A stretch of 63,823 bases of DNA, counting the filler, from Reticulomyxa filosa (Eukaryota > Protista > Foraminifera): NCBI GenBank assembly GCA_000512085.1. It is 18 parts of 18 records of this genome, joined end to end, with 100 filler letters (N's around TTAATTAATTAA, not from the genome) between each part and the next. Parts side by side here need not be neighbours in the genome. Positions count along the whole stretch, not along the records: positions 1 to 1,898 come from ASPP01048488.1; positions 1,999 to 10,070 come from ASPP01044376.1; positions 10,171 to 12,994 come from ASPP01040283.1; 15 more parts are not named here. The stretch is one strand, 5' to 3'. This document shows, piece by piece, positions 1 through 13,094 of the stretch (position 1 is its first letter; each line of letters opens with the position of its first letter). Position numbers and translations under genes: made by a program. A model generated the notes under the pieces. It saw only the letters and a program-made list of their open reading frames with translations. It did not search any database and was not told the origin of the DNA.

Positions 1-77
1 AAAGAAGATTGAAAAAACAGTTATTTGTAAACCGATTCTCTGTCACTTTTCATGCACCAAAATGATCTTTGGAATGG

Positions 78-1130
78 TTAAATCAGCTTGGAAATACGTG
101 ACAGTGAAACGAATGGTTTTGCCTCTTGGATGGAAGCGATAATGTTTTCTTCTTCCAAAATGACCCAAAGCAAAGCGATCGCATCGTCATCTTCGATTTG
201 ATGCCCGTGTGGAATGTCTGGATTTTTCAAAATACTCACTTTCAAACTTTTGTTGTTGCATTTGTTGCTGTTGCATATACACTTGTTCGACAAAGGCCTC
301 CTCTTTGGCCCAAGGAAGCAGATTGGGGTTGTTCAATGGGTCTTCTTGTTCGTTTGCTTGATCGCTATATTCGTTGTCTTCATTTCCATCTGCGTCGGCC
401 TCTGCTTCTTCCAATATCATTGCGATTAGTTGTCGCTATGCTTCAATCGCCATTGTGCTCGTCTAATGTGACCGTGTCCACTCTGCTTTCCATTGCATCA
501 TCTGCAAGCATTTCTCACAAACTTAGGATGGCCTGACGAGTGTAGTATTTTCTGTTTTCTTCCAAAAATATAGTCGGGTCACTGTTCAATCATCACAAAG
601 ACAAGATCATGTCGATTATCTTTTTGAGTGAAATATTTTTTTCTTTTTTTTTGCAACAAATCAAAAAGTGTTTTTATGTATGTATGTGAATAATATCTCC
701 TGTTTGCATAATTGTAGTTATACGTCGCCAATGCGGTGTCCAATACCGTATCAAACATCGAGTCGTCAAAACAGATAACAAGACCGTAACCGGTGGACCA
801 GTCCACATAAGATAGTTTGGATATGATCCATTGTAAGATGATCTTCTCTAGTGGGATGTAGTAACGCTTAAGTCCCGCTTTCGTCTCGTAGAAAAGGGCG
901 CTTTGGATTCGGTCGGTCTTGGACGAGTGAATGTGCCATAAAAGATTTTGGAACTTGTCTGTCAACTTGTAATATGTTGTGCCCAACAGAACTGTCAATA
1001 TGACGGACCAATGTGGATAGCGAATGCACTTGTGATAGGGCTTGTCACCACATTCATCTAAGCTTTCGCGGTAAAAATTCAACTGAAGCTTAATTTGCTC
1101 TGATGAAGATAGCACAAAACAATTACACAT
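78..1130 (-). pseudogene. Degenerate coding sequence of unknown family
   Basis: 183-aa open stretch (579-1130) followed by protein-like text interrupted by in-frame TGA/TAA/TAG and frame changes, e.g. PS*VCEKC...RSH*TSTMAIEA*RQLIAMILEEAEAD. Confidence 0.45.
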
Positions 1131-1338
1131 TTTATTTTTTTAGATAATGAATATTACTTCACCCTACTATATACCCTTTGATGAACTTTACGAGTTTTGC
1201 AATCAATAATTTCAAGTAAAAGATATTTACTAATTGAAGAGATATTAAATTGTTTTATATTTTGTAAAAAAATGTTGTAATAATAAATAAGAAGAAAACA
1301 ATCTATTAATTATTTCTAAACTACAAAACGAAACTCAC

Positions 1339-1533
1339 CCAAAAGAATCTTGTTACAAAAAAGTCAATTTACTGTTTCGATAAGGTACATGCGGATCTTT
1401 ATTACGAATGACGGCAATAACATTGCGCAAAGCGGACAAAAAGCGATTAATGTTCCTTGCCTCTGTCATTCGTTCACCAACTGCTCCAGATCTATCAGTT
1501 AAGTCAATCAAATGCAATTTGCCAAGAATTTTC
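1339..1533 (-). pseudogene. Kinesin motor-domain fragment (kinesin-14-like)
   Basis: Translates [61 protein letters not shown]. Switch-II AGSER is lost and there is an in-frame stop. Confidence 0.85.
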
Positions 1534-1898
1534 TTTTAAATTGATATGATATTATACGTACATATGTATTTATATACTTTTTTTGCGTGTCTTTTTTTTG
1601 TTGTTGTTGGTAAATGGACTAGGAATTCAACAAACAATTACGTTTGATAAAAGAGGACCATGACAAGCTAATGAACGCAGCACACGCAACAGCATAACAA
1701 CAATATAACTCTAAAAAGGCGGACTTGAAGAATGATTATAGTAAATTTTTTTGTCTACAAATGCAAGGATAGAAATTTCAAAGATATAAGAGAAATAGCA
1801 AGTGAGTTATCAAACGAAAAAATTAATGCTTTTTTTTCTGCTGATAATAGTGACTCCGTTTCGAAAGAACATTTTGATAATGGCCTTAGCGCCTTAAA

Positions 1899-1998
1899 NN
1901 NNNNNNNNNNNNNNNNNNNNNNNNNNNNNNNNNNNNNNNNNNTTAATTAATTAANNNNNNNNNNNNNNNNNNNNNNNNNNNNNNNNNNNNNNNNNNNN
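1899..1998. other. Artificial contig-joining linker (N44-TTAATTAATTAA-N44), first of 17
   Basis: Identical 100-nt spacer with stops in all six frames. Also at 10071, 12995, 20493, 22623, 23878, 28686, 41373, 48572, 50905, 52713, 54116, 56102, 58064, 59338, 60438 and 61846. Confidence 0.98.
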
Positions 1999-2026
1999 TT
2001 TTTTTTTTTTTTTTTGCACAATAAAG

Positions 2027-2946
2027 GAACGATTCGATTATGCGCTGCACAACCGTTCGCAGTTTGGTGGCTCCTCTTATTCGGGATGCTTCAAGTTCTT
2101 GAGAGCTCTTGCCACGTCACGTGAAACGGTAATAAACTCCACGTGCAAGTTGAAAGCACAAGTAAATGATATGGTTGCACTGACCTCAAACAAAGAGTTG
2201 GACGGCTTTGCAAAGCAAAAAGAAAAGTATAGCAAACAGCTCGCCTCGGGTGGCTTTGACCCTCGTATCTTTGACGCTTTGGTCAATTTGCTGGACTATC
2301 GTCTCAAAGACTCTGTCGGCAAAAATCATCACCACGGCGTGATGGCTTTGTTTCTTTTGGAAAAGTTTTTGGAGAGGTCCACTGATCGATTCATTGTCGC
2401 TGCCACAAACTACTTTTTCCCAACTGTCCTCGAGCTCACCACGTATAAAAATTCCAATGAACGTGTGCAGGCTGAGTTTTGTCTTCACTTGTCTTGTTTG
2501 TGCCAAAAAGCTATTGTGTCCAAATACAATCTAAATCTAGCATTCACGAATTATTTACGTTTTCATTCATTTCTTTGCATAGGATGCGTGAACGCGCAAC
2601 GAAAGTGCATCAACTGATCACAACAACAGATTTGTTAAGGAAAGCGAGAATCGGATTGTATGTGGCGTTTAAAGAACTATGTGACTATCAATACCAGGAA
2701 GAAGATCATTTGGAAAGCGTCAAAAAGTCGAATATGATTGACGAAAAATTAGCCAGTATCGATTTTGCAAATCTCGATTTGGAATTAATGGACGAAAGTG
2801 ATCAGCAATTATTGACTGATCTGTTGGGATTGAACTATGATTATGACAATCATGGCCACATTGTCTTTGGTGAAGTTAAACATTAACTTTGAATTGTTTT
2901 TTTTTTTTTTTTTTTTTTTAAATAAATAACATAAATACAATACCAA

Positions 2947-2977
<31 letters not shown>

Positions 2978-3543
2978 GTCATCACAATTTGATGCCAAAG
3001 ATCCCAACGCATATCGCACCAAAATGAATTCAGGACAAGTAAAAATTGTGCCACCATTTGCTCACTTGCATCAACAATTTCAACCACCACAGTCGTGTCT
3101 TCAATGGAAATTTCAAGATGATGATGATGATGATGACGATGAGCTGCTTGAAGAAAAAATCCCTGATGAAGCAGCTTTCGCTCGTATGACGTCGTCCGAG
3201 TATCGTGGCCTCAATGAAGAAATTACCAACTCTAGACAAAGGGTTCTTCGCTATGATACTCAACTTCTTAAGCAAATTGCTTTTCAAAGACAAAAATCTC
3301 AAAGTTAATAAACCCATTAAATATATCTGCGTATATTATTATATACACATACATATATAATGTGCATATAAGACTTCTTTTTATTCACTGTTCTTAATTT
3401 TTTTTTTTGTGATTACTTCAGTTCCACTAAATGGACAATCGAGTCCGCGATCGCCTGTATCGAACAAAGGGAATCCAATCTCGTTATTTGGAGAATCGGG
3501 TGCATCTGAAAACGTAACCAGTAGCACGACTTCGCCAAAGTGA
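2027..3543 (+). CDS. Hypothetical helical protein, 5'-partial, 4 exons
   Basis: ORFs 2099-2617, 2479-2886 and 3024-3308 plus a last exon (~3422-3543) are separated by GT..AG introns; ends at TGA 3541. Confidence 0.6.
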
Positions 3544-4034
3544 TGTTGTGCAAATTACATATTCGCCTCTTTATTTGTTTGGTCCTTTTTTTTCTCTTTT
3601 TGTTGACGGTGTGTATTGACAACAAGACGCAGCCAATAAACAAGTCGGGTGAGTTATTTGCTAATAATTTTCATCAAATATTTTGAAGCAAAAAAAAAAA
3701 AAAGGTTGTCCATATACCCTGAAAAGATATTTTGCAATTGATGTCATTGATTCTTTTTTTTTTGACAATTTTTTTTTTGCTTGATCAAGCGTTGTTGAAA
3801 TGTGTTTCTCATGGTAGCTGTTTCTTGCACAGTTTTGTTTGGTTTTTTTAAATGTATTTTGACTGACATAAATTTGTGTTGTGGATTTTTGTTTTGCTTC
3901 GAATTGAACCTATCGACCTGCTTAAACAAGCCAGTGATTTCATTTCACCATTTCCTTGATACTTGCGCAACCCCTTTTTTTAAAAAATCTTTCATTGGAA
4001 AATCATCAGATCTCGTTACAATTCTCCTTGCAAC

Positions 4035-5933
4035 ATGAGTGTCGAACGAATAGTTGAAAAACTTTTTGATATCGGTACTTTTTTTGTTGTTTGCAAGTGT
4101 TTTTGAATGTGGTTGGCCTTGTACGGTTTTTTGGACAACTAAAAGGAGCGATAAAATTTGGTGACTTTACATTGAAATCTGGAATCAGTTCTCCATTTTA
4201 TATCGACCTTCGATTGATTGTATCGTACCCGGAGTTACTGAGAGTTTAGTTAGCCAAATCTTTCCAAAAAAAAAAAGAAGGGCAAGAAGAATAAAAAGAA
4301 AAGAAAGAAAAAAAAAAAAAAAATTAGCAAATAAGTGATTTGATGTGGACGAAAATAAAAACATTGAAATTTGACCTGGTTTGTGGAGTGCCATACACGG
4401 CATTGCCAGTGGCAACGTGCATAAGCACAAACTACGATGTTCCCATGGTGATGCGACGAAAGGAGGAGAAGACATATGGGACGCGAAAGTGTATCGAAGG
4501 TGCATTCAATCAAAACAAGAACCACCAAGACCATTGCATAATAATCGAAGACTTGATCACAAGTGGGACAAGCATCGTGGAGACATACGAGGCCTTGTCA
4601 AGCGTTGGCATTGCCGTAAAGGATGCCCTCGTGTTGATCGACCGCGAGCAAGGGGGCGAAAAGAACCTAAGCAAATACAATATCAAACTGCATAGCGTCA
4701 CCACCATTACGGACATACTGCAAATCTTATCACGTTCCAAACAATTGACCGAACAGCTTGTTACCAAAGTCGAAATTTTTTTACGGGAAAATCAGTCTGT
4801 TCCTCTGAATTTGCAATCGAATACTGCTACTGCTACTACTGCTACTACTGCTACTACTGCTACTACTACTGCAACATGTGCTTCCAGTGGCAATGTTGTC
4901 AGTAATTTGGAGGACGAGAAAAAAAATCATACCAAACGAATCCCTTTTGAAAAAAGACTGGAATTGATTCCCAACAAAGTTGGCAAGCGTCTTGTTCAGA
5001 TTATGCTTCAGAAGAAAACCTGCTTGTGCGTTGCTGCTGATGTCACCACTTGCTCTCAACTCTTACAATTGGCGGACCATGTCGGTCCCTTCATTTGTCT
5101 TCTCAAAACTCATGTTGATATTCTCACTGACTTTGACAAACAGTCCCTTGTTCAATTAAAGGCATTGGCGGATAAACACAATTTCCTTATCTTCGAGGTT
5201 GTTTTTTTTTTCCCAAACCTATTGTTCTCTTCGTTCATTCTTTCATTCTTTTTTTTAAAAAAAAAAATTTTTTAATCCCCACCCCCCCTTTTAAAAAATT
5301 TAAGGATCGGAAATTCGCGGATATTGGAAACACTGTTAAACAACAGTTTAGCGGAGGAGTGTACAACATTGTTTCATGGGCAGATATCATTAATTGTCAT
5401 ACTCTCCCCGGCCCTGGTATTATTGACGGATTGAAGGAAGCTGCAATTGAGTACCACGGGAAAAAAAAAGAAAATGAAATTTATCATGGGCTGCTTCTTC
5501 TCGCTGAAATGAGCAGTGAAGGCAATTTGATTACACCTGATTACACTCGCCACAGTGTTGCCTTGGCCGAACATGAAAAATACAAAGAATTTGTCATTGG
5601 CTTCATTTCAATGGGAAAAGTTTCGTCCAACCCAACGCTGTTGCATATGACACCCGGGGTTAGTATTCAAAACAAAGGAGATAATTTGGGCCAACAATAT
5701 TTGGTATGTATTTTTTTTCATTTCTTATCGCATTCGTTGAGTTTGCAAAAAAATAAATAAATTTATGTCACCTCTGTTCATCTCCTCGCTAGACACCCGA
5801 ACATGTCATTTGTGAGAAAGGTACTGACGTCATAATCGTTGGAAGAGGCATTTACCAATCAAAAGACCCGGCAAAAAGCGCCAAAGAATATCAAGATAAA
5901 TCCTGGGAAGCGTATTTAAAATCATTGAAGTAG
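4035..5933 (+). CDS. UMPS: Bifunctional UMP synthase (OPRTase + OMP decarboxylase), 5 exons
   Basis: [79 protein letters not shown] and IIVGRGIY. All introns are GT..AG and in phase. Confidence 0.97.
4822..4873 (+). repeat. (ACTGCTACT)n microsatellite encoding a Thr/Ala linker between the UMPS domains
   Basis: Tandem repeat translating TATATTATTATTATTTAT. Confidence 0.9.
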
Positions 5934-6364
5934 TTTTTGTTTTCTTGGCTTCTTCTCTCATTTAATTTAATGTTTTATTGATGACTTTTTTACTTTTGCA
6001 AAGGTCAATTTGTCTCAAAAATATTCATGCACTTAGTATCGCTTTTTGGTCATTAAATTAGTAATTTTGATACTTTTAACTTAAAAATCTTGGAAAGGGG
6101 CGAAATGTACACAATGTTTTTATTTTTTGCAACTGGACGTCCTGTACATTACTATCGTCGACTTCCTTTTTTTTACTCTGTTGGAGATACTAACACAATT
6201 CAAATCTATCACAACTCGACACTTATTCAAAAAACATACAGTAAAATGAACTGCTCAAATTATAGACACACCAAATGATGTACCTCAGTCCTGCAGAGTC
6301 GAAGTCAGAGGGAAAAGCGGAACCGGGTGATTATTTTTTGTGCAAATCCATCATCTAGCGAAAA

Positions 6365-7807
6365 ATGTCAAAAAAGGTCACAAAAGAGAAACATGTTGTA
6401 AAAGAATATGCACCTTGGGTTGAAAAATAGTAAGCATTATTCCTTTAATTGGACAAAATTGTTGCAGCTCTTTTCCTTCTTTTGTGTTCCTCTCTCTTTC
6501 TTAACAAACTGATAGCCGACCAAAACAAATCGATGATATTGCCCATCAGACACATGTAGTTCAGGCTCTGAGACATTCCTTAGACTCAAACAACGTTTAG
6601 TGAGCTTTTTTATTCAATTTCAAAAAGATAACAGCAAATAAAACCAATACTGACATAACTTGTTATAGCTGCCTCATCTGTTATTTCACGGACCTCCAGG
6701 AACAGGCAAAACATCGACAATCTTAGCATTAGCCAGACAATTATTCGGGTTAGTTGGATGAATAACTTTTTTTGTTTGTAATATTGTTGACTGATTTTTT
6801 ATCAACAAAACAAGACATGATAAATAACAGCCCCGATTTAATGCGTGATCGAGTACTAGAATTGAACGCAAGTGATGAAAGAGGTATAAATGTGGTCAGA
6901 GAAAAGGTAAAACAGTTTGCCCAATATGCCGTAAATGACACTAACAATGAGAAACAGAGCCCTTATCCATGTCCTCCTTTCAAAATTGTGATATTAGACG
7001 AAGCCGATAATATGACAAGGGACGCGCAAAATGCGCTGAGACGAACGATGGAAAAGTACAGCACAGTGACAAGATTTTGTTTAATTTGTAACTACGTATC
7101 CAAAATTATCGCTCCAGTGGCGTCAAGATGCGCCAAATTTCGCTTCCATTCGTTGACCAACGAATCGATGAAAGCAAAGCTAGGAGAAATCGCACGTAAT
7201 GAAGATGTCAAAATTGAAGAGACTGCTATGAATGAAATTGTAGAAATCGCCAATGGAGATATGCGAAAGTCTATTACTTTGATGCAAGGTGCAGCGCTGA
7301 TGAGACCAAATGATGAAGTTGTTCGTGCTGAAGATGTCAATGCCGTTGCGGTGGTATGTACATATATAATATGTTCTTCTTTTTCTTTTTGGTCTCATTT
7401 TTATAAAGTTGTACACATTAGGTAAACACACAAAATTGGTAAACTCTAATTCGTTTTTTCGACTCATAAATATTGTTTGTTGATTGCTTCAACAGCGAAT
7501 TCCAAAAGACATCATCTATAACAATATTGTGGATGCAGTCAATTCTAATAGTTTTGACAAAGTCAATAGTGTGTGCTCGTTGATTATCAGTGAAGGATAT
7601 CCTGTCCCTTTAGTTTTATCTGAGCTGTTAGACCTTGTTATTTCTACATCAGACCTTTCTACCGTTGCTAGATCTGAATTATGCATCAAGCTTGCTGAAA
7701 GTGACAAAAAATTGGTGGATGGTGCGTCAGAACAGTTGCAATTACTAGATGTTTTGGCAAGTATAGCCAAAGCATTCAACACCTCAAAGAGAAAGAAAGA
7801 TTTTTAG
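6365..7807 (+). CDS. RFC4: Replication factor C small subunit (human RFC4 / yeast Rfc2 type), 5 exons
   Basis: [53 protein letters not shown] and GDMRKSIT. Confidence 0.95.
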
Positions 7808-8314
7808 TTGTTTTGCTTTCGGTTATTTTCCTTTTTTTTAATTTACAGGGGAAGGTTAGTCCAATTGTGCTTGTTCACCACACGATCCTCACGTGTGGTG
7901 CAAGATTACCTTAATTAATCTGTAAGTGCAAACCCAAAACAGTATAATTAATCTAATTTTTGAAGTTATGGCTCGATGAAGGAAATGTTTAAACGTATGA
8001 CTAATAATTTTTTTAGAAGAAAATTTGATGTTGAACGTTTTTAGCAAAGATTTACGTTTCAACTATGTATGTGAAAAAAAAATATTTCGTCTGGAGGATC
8101 CTAAGTCTGTGCTTGGCAGCGATAGCATAACCGATATCTCAAATGCGCATCAAACAACCACACAAAAAAACCACACACTCAGCAAAAAAAGATCAAAAAA
8201 TCAAAAAACTTAAAAATAAAATGGCACCAAGAGAAAAAAAAAAATTCGAAAAGATAAACATTTCAACTGTTTTTATTTGTTTTTTGTTTTTTATTATTTT
8301 TGCGAAAGTTACGG

Positions 8315-9583
8315 TCATTTTTTTAAAATCCAACTCACAAATCGCACCTTGGCCCCACGAATGCATAAACTTACAACAGGACATAAGCGTTTGTGGGTAG
8401 GATCAATAGTAAAACTTGGATGATCATTGGAAATTTTCAGAAATGTTCCTTCTTTTTGAGGGTCCTTAAGATCACCAAAATCAGTGTCATTTCGGGATAG
8501 ATGAACTTCGATTTGTCTTCTGGCCGTCATATCCACAACAAGCCGGACTCTGTCATTGGAGCCAATGCATCGTTTGCCGTGGTTTGGGCCACGAAGTTGA
8601 ATTAGCTTTTTCATATCAATTTGCGAGCGACGTCGCTTATCCTTGGAGTTTTTGATTTTGAAAGAGCTTTTTTCCTTTGGAGACAGCAGTCTGTCTTTCA
8701 CGCCACATCTTTTGGCTGGCACCATTGGAGCCAAACATTGTCCAGTAATTACTTGTGACTGCAAGCGATCGATCCCAGCGAAAGGGCTATTGTTCTCTCC
8801 GTGCAGCCACATGCAATCATAGCCCCGCAAGCCGTATCCATGAGGTGTGAGAGCAAAGAGTTCACACAGGTCAGTATGGTCAAATAAATACTTGGAGCTG
8901 GCTTGATTGGTGTGTTGACAAGGGTCGAGACAAGAACAGACTTTGGATGTAACCATTTGAATAAAGTCGTCACTGACTAGCCCAATCAAATTCCATAGCC
9001 GTCGGCAACATCACTTTCCGCATATTTGGCTACGGATTTGTCCACAGAAATTTCAAAGGTAATTTCATGCACCCCAGTTTCAATCCAATACTTGCCAAAT
9101 ATCAATACGCTTCAAAAGGGGTTTTGCAATGGTGTGTGATCCAATGACATGGGGACTTGTCATTTTGTTTGGTGTTACCATTTGGACCGAAACAAACCAA
9201 ATGCTCTAATCTGTCATCCACATAAAATTCATTCAAACGCAAACTGTATGTCGCAATTAATTTAATGATCTCTCTCGGGATTGTCGGCTTACATACGCAT
9301 ATACTCTCCGTCCATGACTCTAAGTAGTTTTCTACCGTCGTTACATCCATGCGCATTACATGTTCTCCCTCCTCATTGTAATTCATCAACACCGACAACT
9401 CCGAGCAAGGCATTACCTCGTCACTATCGCCGCTACTATTGTCATTAGTATTACTGTTACTACTACTGTCATCGTCATCGTCGTAATTAACGCTGTGTTC
9501 ATCATCAATGCTTCTCTCACTCCAATTCGATAAGCTCCACATCGTACTGTTTGCATTTTTTGTTTCTTTCCAAAATTCGTCCT
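8315..9583 (-). CDS. SPRY/B30.2-like protein with acidic N-terminal region; two -1 frame breaks
   Basis: IPREIIKLIATYS...(-1)...LIFGKYWIETGVHEITFEI...(-1)...IGLVSDD...NDRVRLVVDM...PVVSL. Breaks at ~9102-9113 and ~8986-9012. Confidence 0.55.
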
Positions 9584-9807
9584 CTGCAATTTACAACCCA
9601 AAAACAAAGCGTGTCCCTTTGATCAAATCTAAAACTATACATATACAAATATGTGTATATATATGTACATAAGGTATATTTTTTCCCCTCGCCTTCTTTC
9701 TCTCCCCTTATCCGATGCATACACACACACACACACACACATGTATATACTATATAAAAATAGAATGTTTATCTGTACGTGTAGGAAGAAAAACTACACG
9801 CACAAAC

Positions 9808-10049
9808 TGTCGTCAATGCTGCTGTTGCCAATCATGACATTAATAATGTAATCCCACAACTGATTCCATACGTTTTTGGTTTCCTCGTTCCATTCAATGT
9901 TTAGGCCTTTGCCCTTGTACTCGCTCATCACTTTCATGAAGCCTTGTCGAAAGTGTTTATAGTACTCACGCTTCACATCGTATTGGTAATAGTGACGATC
10001 ACTCAACTCAGTCAAGCGATGAAACAAAGCGTTTTTATCATCAAGCAAT
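9808..10049 (-). CDS. Globin-fold exon (F-G-H helices), 5'-partial
   Basis: LDDKNALFHRLTELSDRHYYQYDVKREYYKHFRQGFMKVM...WNEETKNVWNQLWDYIINVM matches the globin pattern around proximal His F8 and the W..E...W H-helix. Confidence 0.75.
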
Positions 10050-10170
10050 CTTTTTTTTTTTTTTTTTTTTNNNNNNNNNNNNNNNNNNNNNNNNNNNNNN
10101 NNNNNNNNNNNNNNTTAATTAATTAANNNNNNNNNNNNNNNNNNNNNNNNNNNNNNNNNNNNNNNNNNNN

Positions 10171-12071
10171 GGTTTGTTTTTTTTTTAAAAAAAAAAAAAA
10201 GTTTACATACACATACATATATGTATATATTTAACTGTGAACTTTTTTTTTAATAGAAATATTGTCCGAATATGAACACTCGCATCCAAAGAACTTGGCC
10301 GAAGTGGACAAATTCATGTTTGAGTTTGATCGGCTGACGGCACTGCTGCGCAAACAGTACAAAGAAAACACACTGCATCGCATGCGTGGCTAGATTCAAA
10401 CGAAAGGGAAGACGGATTCAAAACGATTCATTATCCGTCCAAATTTCTGCGGAAAAAGTATCGCAGTATCGACTTGCTTAACAGCAAAGAGCTGGCCGAC
10501 ACATATAATGATCAACCTGTTCTCCCAATATTTATGACAAAGAGAAACATAAAGAATACTATCAATTGAATAATATGAAGGATGTCTTTGCCATTAAAAA
10601 ATCGCGTGTGATACGACAGAAAAATAAGTTGAAAAGCACTGAGATAGCCAAAGTTGGCCAAGGCAAGTGGACAAAGGCCATAGGCAAAAATATGGGACAT
10701 CGTGGTCGAGATCAATTCCGACTCAAAAAGACCTCTTTGCAACCTTCGTCGCAGTTTTCTCTTCCTCCACGCTTGGACCACTTCCAATAGACTACATCAA
10801 AAAATTAAACATTCTATCCAAAAACTACCTCGCTTCAAAAAAAAAAAATTCCAAACCTATTTAATCCATTCCGCTTTGTGCTGATTTTTTGTTTATTTGC
10901 TATTTTGGAATTGAACTAAATTGTATTACATTACTTTATTCCATATCATCATTGAATGCATTTTTGTTGCATATTGTTGTGTCATTGCGATCTTTCGGTG
11001 ATGCAAATAAACAAAAATGTGACATATTTAATTGAATCTTGCCTTTTATTCGCAAGTGATAATCTTCTAACACAATTTTTGCTATCTTTCATTACAAATT
11101 CTTTAAAAAAGCGTTTTAAATGCTATGCGGCTAGCCTTTTACTAACTTAAAAAGCAATCACAAGTTGTGCAGAGTGAATATGTCATTTTTAATTCATCGT
11201 TTTCTCTTTCACCAAAAAGTAAACAAAAAACAATGCACAAATCATAAAATTTGCAACTGACAAAAAAACAGTATATTTATAAGCTTTGAAAATAAAAAAT
11301 AATTAAAAACAAAAATTGATTTGTAATAATCTTAAAGCACGTAAACAAAGCTTTAGATTATTTGTAATTTCTACAGTATATTTTTAAAAAATATTACAAT
11401 TACTATTTTAGGACAAATTGATAATAATTGCAAAATAAAAATATAATTAACGCATTGTAAAACAAATAACAGATAAAAAAGCAAAACTTATAATAAATAC
11501 AAAATTAAATATTGACAACAATCAGTGTGCAAGTACTGTCGTCCAAATCCGAACAAAGTCATTGTTCAAAGAAGGAAATGAAAAAACGCTTCAAGAAGGA
11601 GCTTAGAGCAATCACAAATTCAACTACAGCAAATCCTTAGTCTGCAACAATTATATAATTCAAATGTTGATCAAGTTATGTAAAAAAAATGTCATTGACC
11701 AACAAATCAGTCAATGTAATATTATTAAAATCAACTTATTGCACACCAAAAAGCTTGCTTAATAAATGCAAACATTCTCAAACATTAAACCTTGCCCATT
11801 TTGGTTTGTCCATTGACTGTGCCGTCCGTGGCATTGGCCGAAAAATCATCCAACACGAGCCCGACCTATGTCTCTTTGGCAAACTCCGTGGTAAAACACT
11901 TTTTGCCATTTACATTCTCATCACCTTCATTGGACCACCAATGTTGCAATTTCAATTCGATAATTTCGCTGTCGCTGAGTACAAATTTAGTTCGGACAAT
12001 TGTGGGAACACTTTGTGAGTGTCTTTCGTCGTTACAAACAGTCAATGGCCATATCTAGTCGAAAACTTGCC
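10171..12071 (+). repeat. Duplicated segment, copy A (paralog of ~46621-48510), carrying two convergent pseudogene fragments
   Basis: Colinear similarity over coding and intergenic parts, e.g. tattgtccgaatatgaac, gagatagccaaa, aagctttgaaaataaaaaat and cacgagcccgacc. Confidence 0.92.
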
Positions 12072-12273
12072 TTTGCTATCATGGCCTTGAGCAAGTGATT
12101 CCAATGTTTTCATTGTTATTGATTCCATTTTGTGAATATATCAGACCGTTCCTTTCATATAGTGTATGCGTGTATGTATACATGTATTATATGTGTACAT
12201 ATTTTTGTTATTTATTCATTTGAAAAAACAAAATAAAATTATAAATTATGAATGATAAATTATTAAAATAAAC

Positions 12274-12906
12274 CTGTTCATCCTGCAGCTATGTCAACAC
12301 GATCATCCACTTGTAATTTTCAATCTTTTTACTCAATTCATCCTCTTCCATGTCGGTCCTGTTGCCCGTTCGTGGATGGTACTCTTCGTTCAACAGATAA
12401 TTTAGGTCGGAAGGGACCTTCAAGACCTTGCCAGATCATCGACGGTTCATTCATGTCATTGTTGTCTGCAGGTGTGCTGTCGTCGTCAAGGTCAGTGAGT
12501 TAACGATTGTGAGTGGTGGAATGACCTTTTGCGATTTGGTCCAATGCAACTTCATTTACAAATTCATTTGAAAATATATGCGAAGGGGCCTGTTCGTGGT
12601 GTCTCTTTGTCACAATGTCGTCTTCATTCTGCTCGTCCAGCTGCATGACATTCTCAGAATCTGTTGTCGTTGTCATCGACTCTTCTGTTAGTTTCAAAAT
12701 ACCTCTCTCTTGGAGTATGCTGCGGTCTTGACGCACAGTCAACCGTCGCTGTAGTGTTTTCGTCACTGATCGCAATTGTAGTGTCATGTTTTTCTTTTCG
12801 AGGATCCCTTTTTTCGTTACATCTGTTTTAGAGGATCTTGACTTCAAAAATAATCGCAAACTTTGTCGACATTCGCCAAGTTTACTTCTTTCCACTGTCG
12901 AGAGTC
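12274..12906 (-). pseudogene. RPEL-repeat (G-actin binding) protein exon, disabled
   Basis: Two RPEL-like motifs (SLRLFLKSRSSKTDVTKKGIL, TLQRRLTVRQDRSILQERGIL); in-frame TAA 12500, TAG 12289 and a +1 shift. Confidence 0.75.
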
Positions 12907-13094
12907 CTTTTTTTAATGGTATTTTTTTGATAAGAGATCATAGCATAAAAAAAAAGTGTGTTTTTGACAAGTTATTGTATACGTTGTTTCCCCCNNNNNN
13001 NNNNNNNNNNNNNNNNNNNNNNNNNNNNNNNNNNNNNNTTAATTAATTAANNNNNNNNNNNNNNNNNNNNNNNNNNNNNNNNNNNNNNNNNNNN

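Noticed and set aside
2479-2617. Overlapping ORFs as a frameshift
   Set aside because: Explained by an ordinary ~65-nt GT..AG intron.
8978-9108. Tiny GT..AG introns explaining the SPRY-like frame breaks
   Set aside because: The 18-nt candidate does not change the frame, and the 38-nt candidate deletes the IGLV motif.
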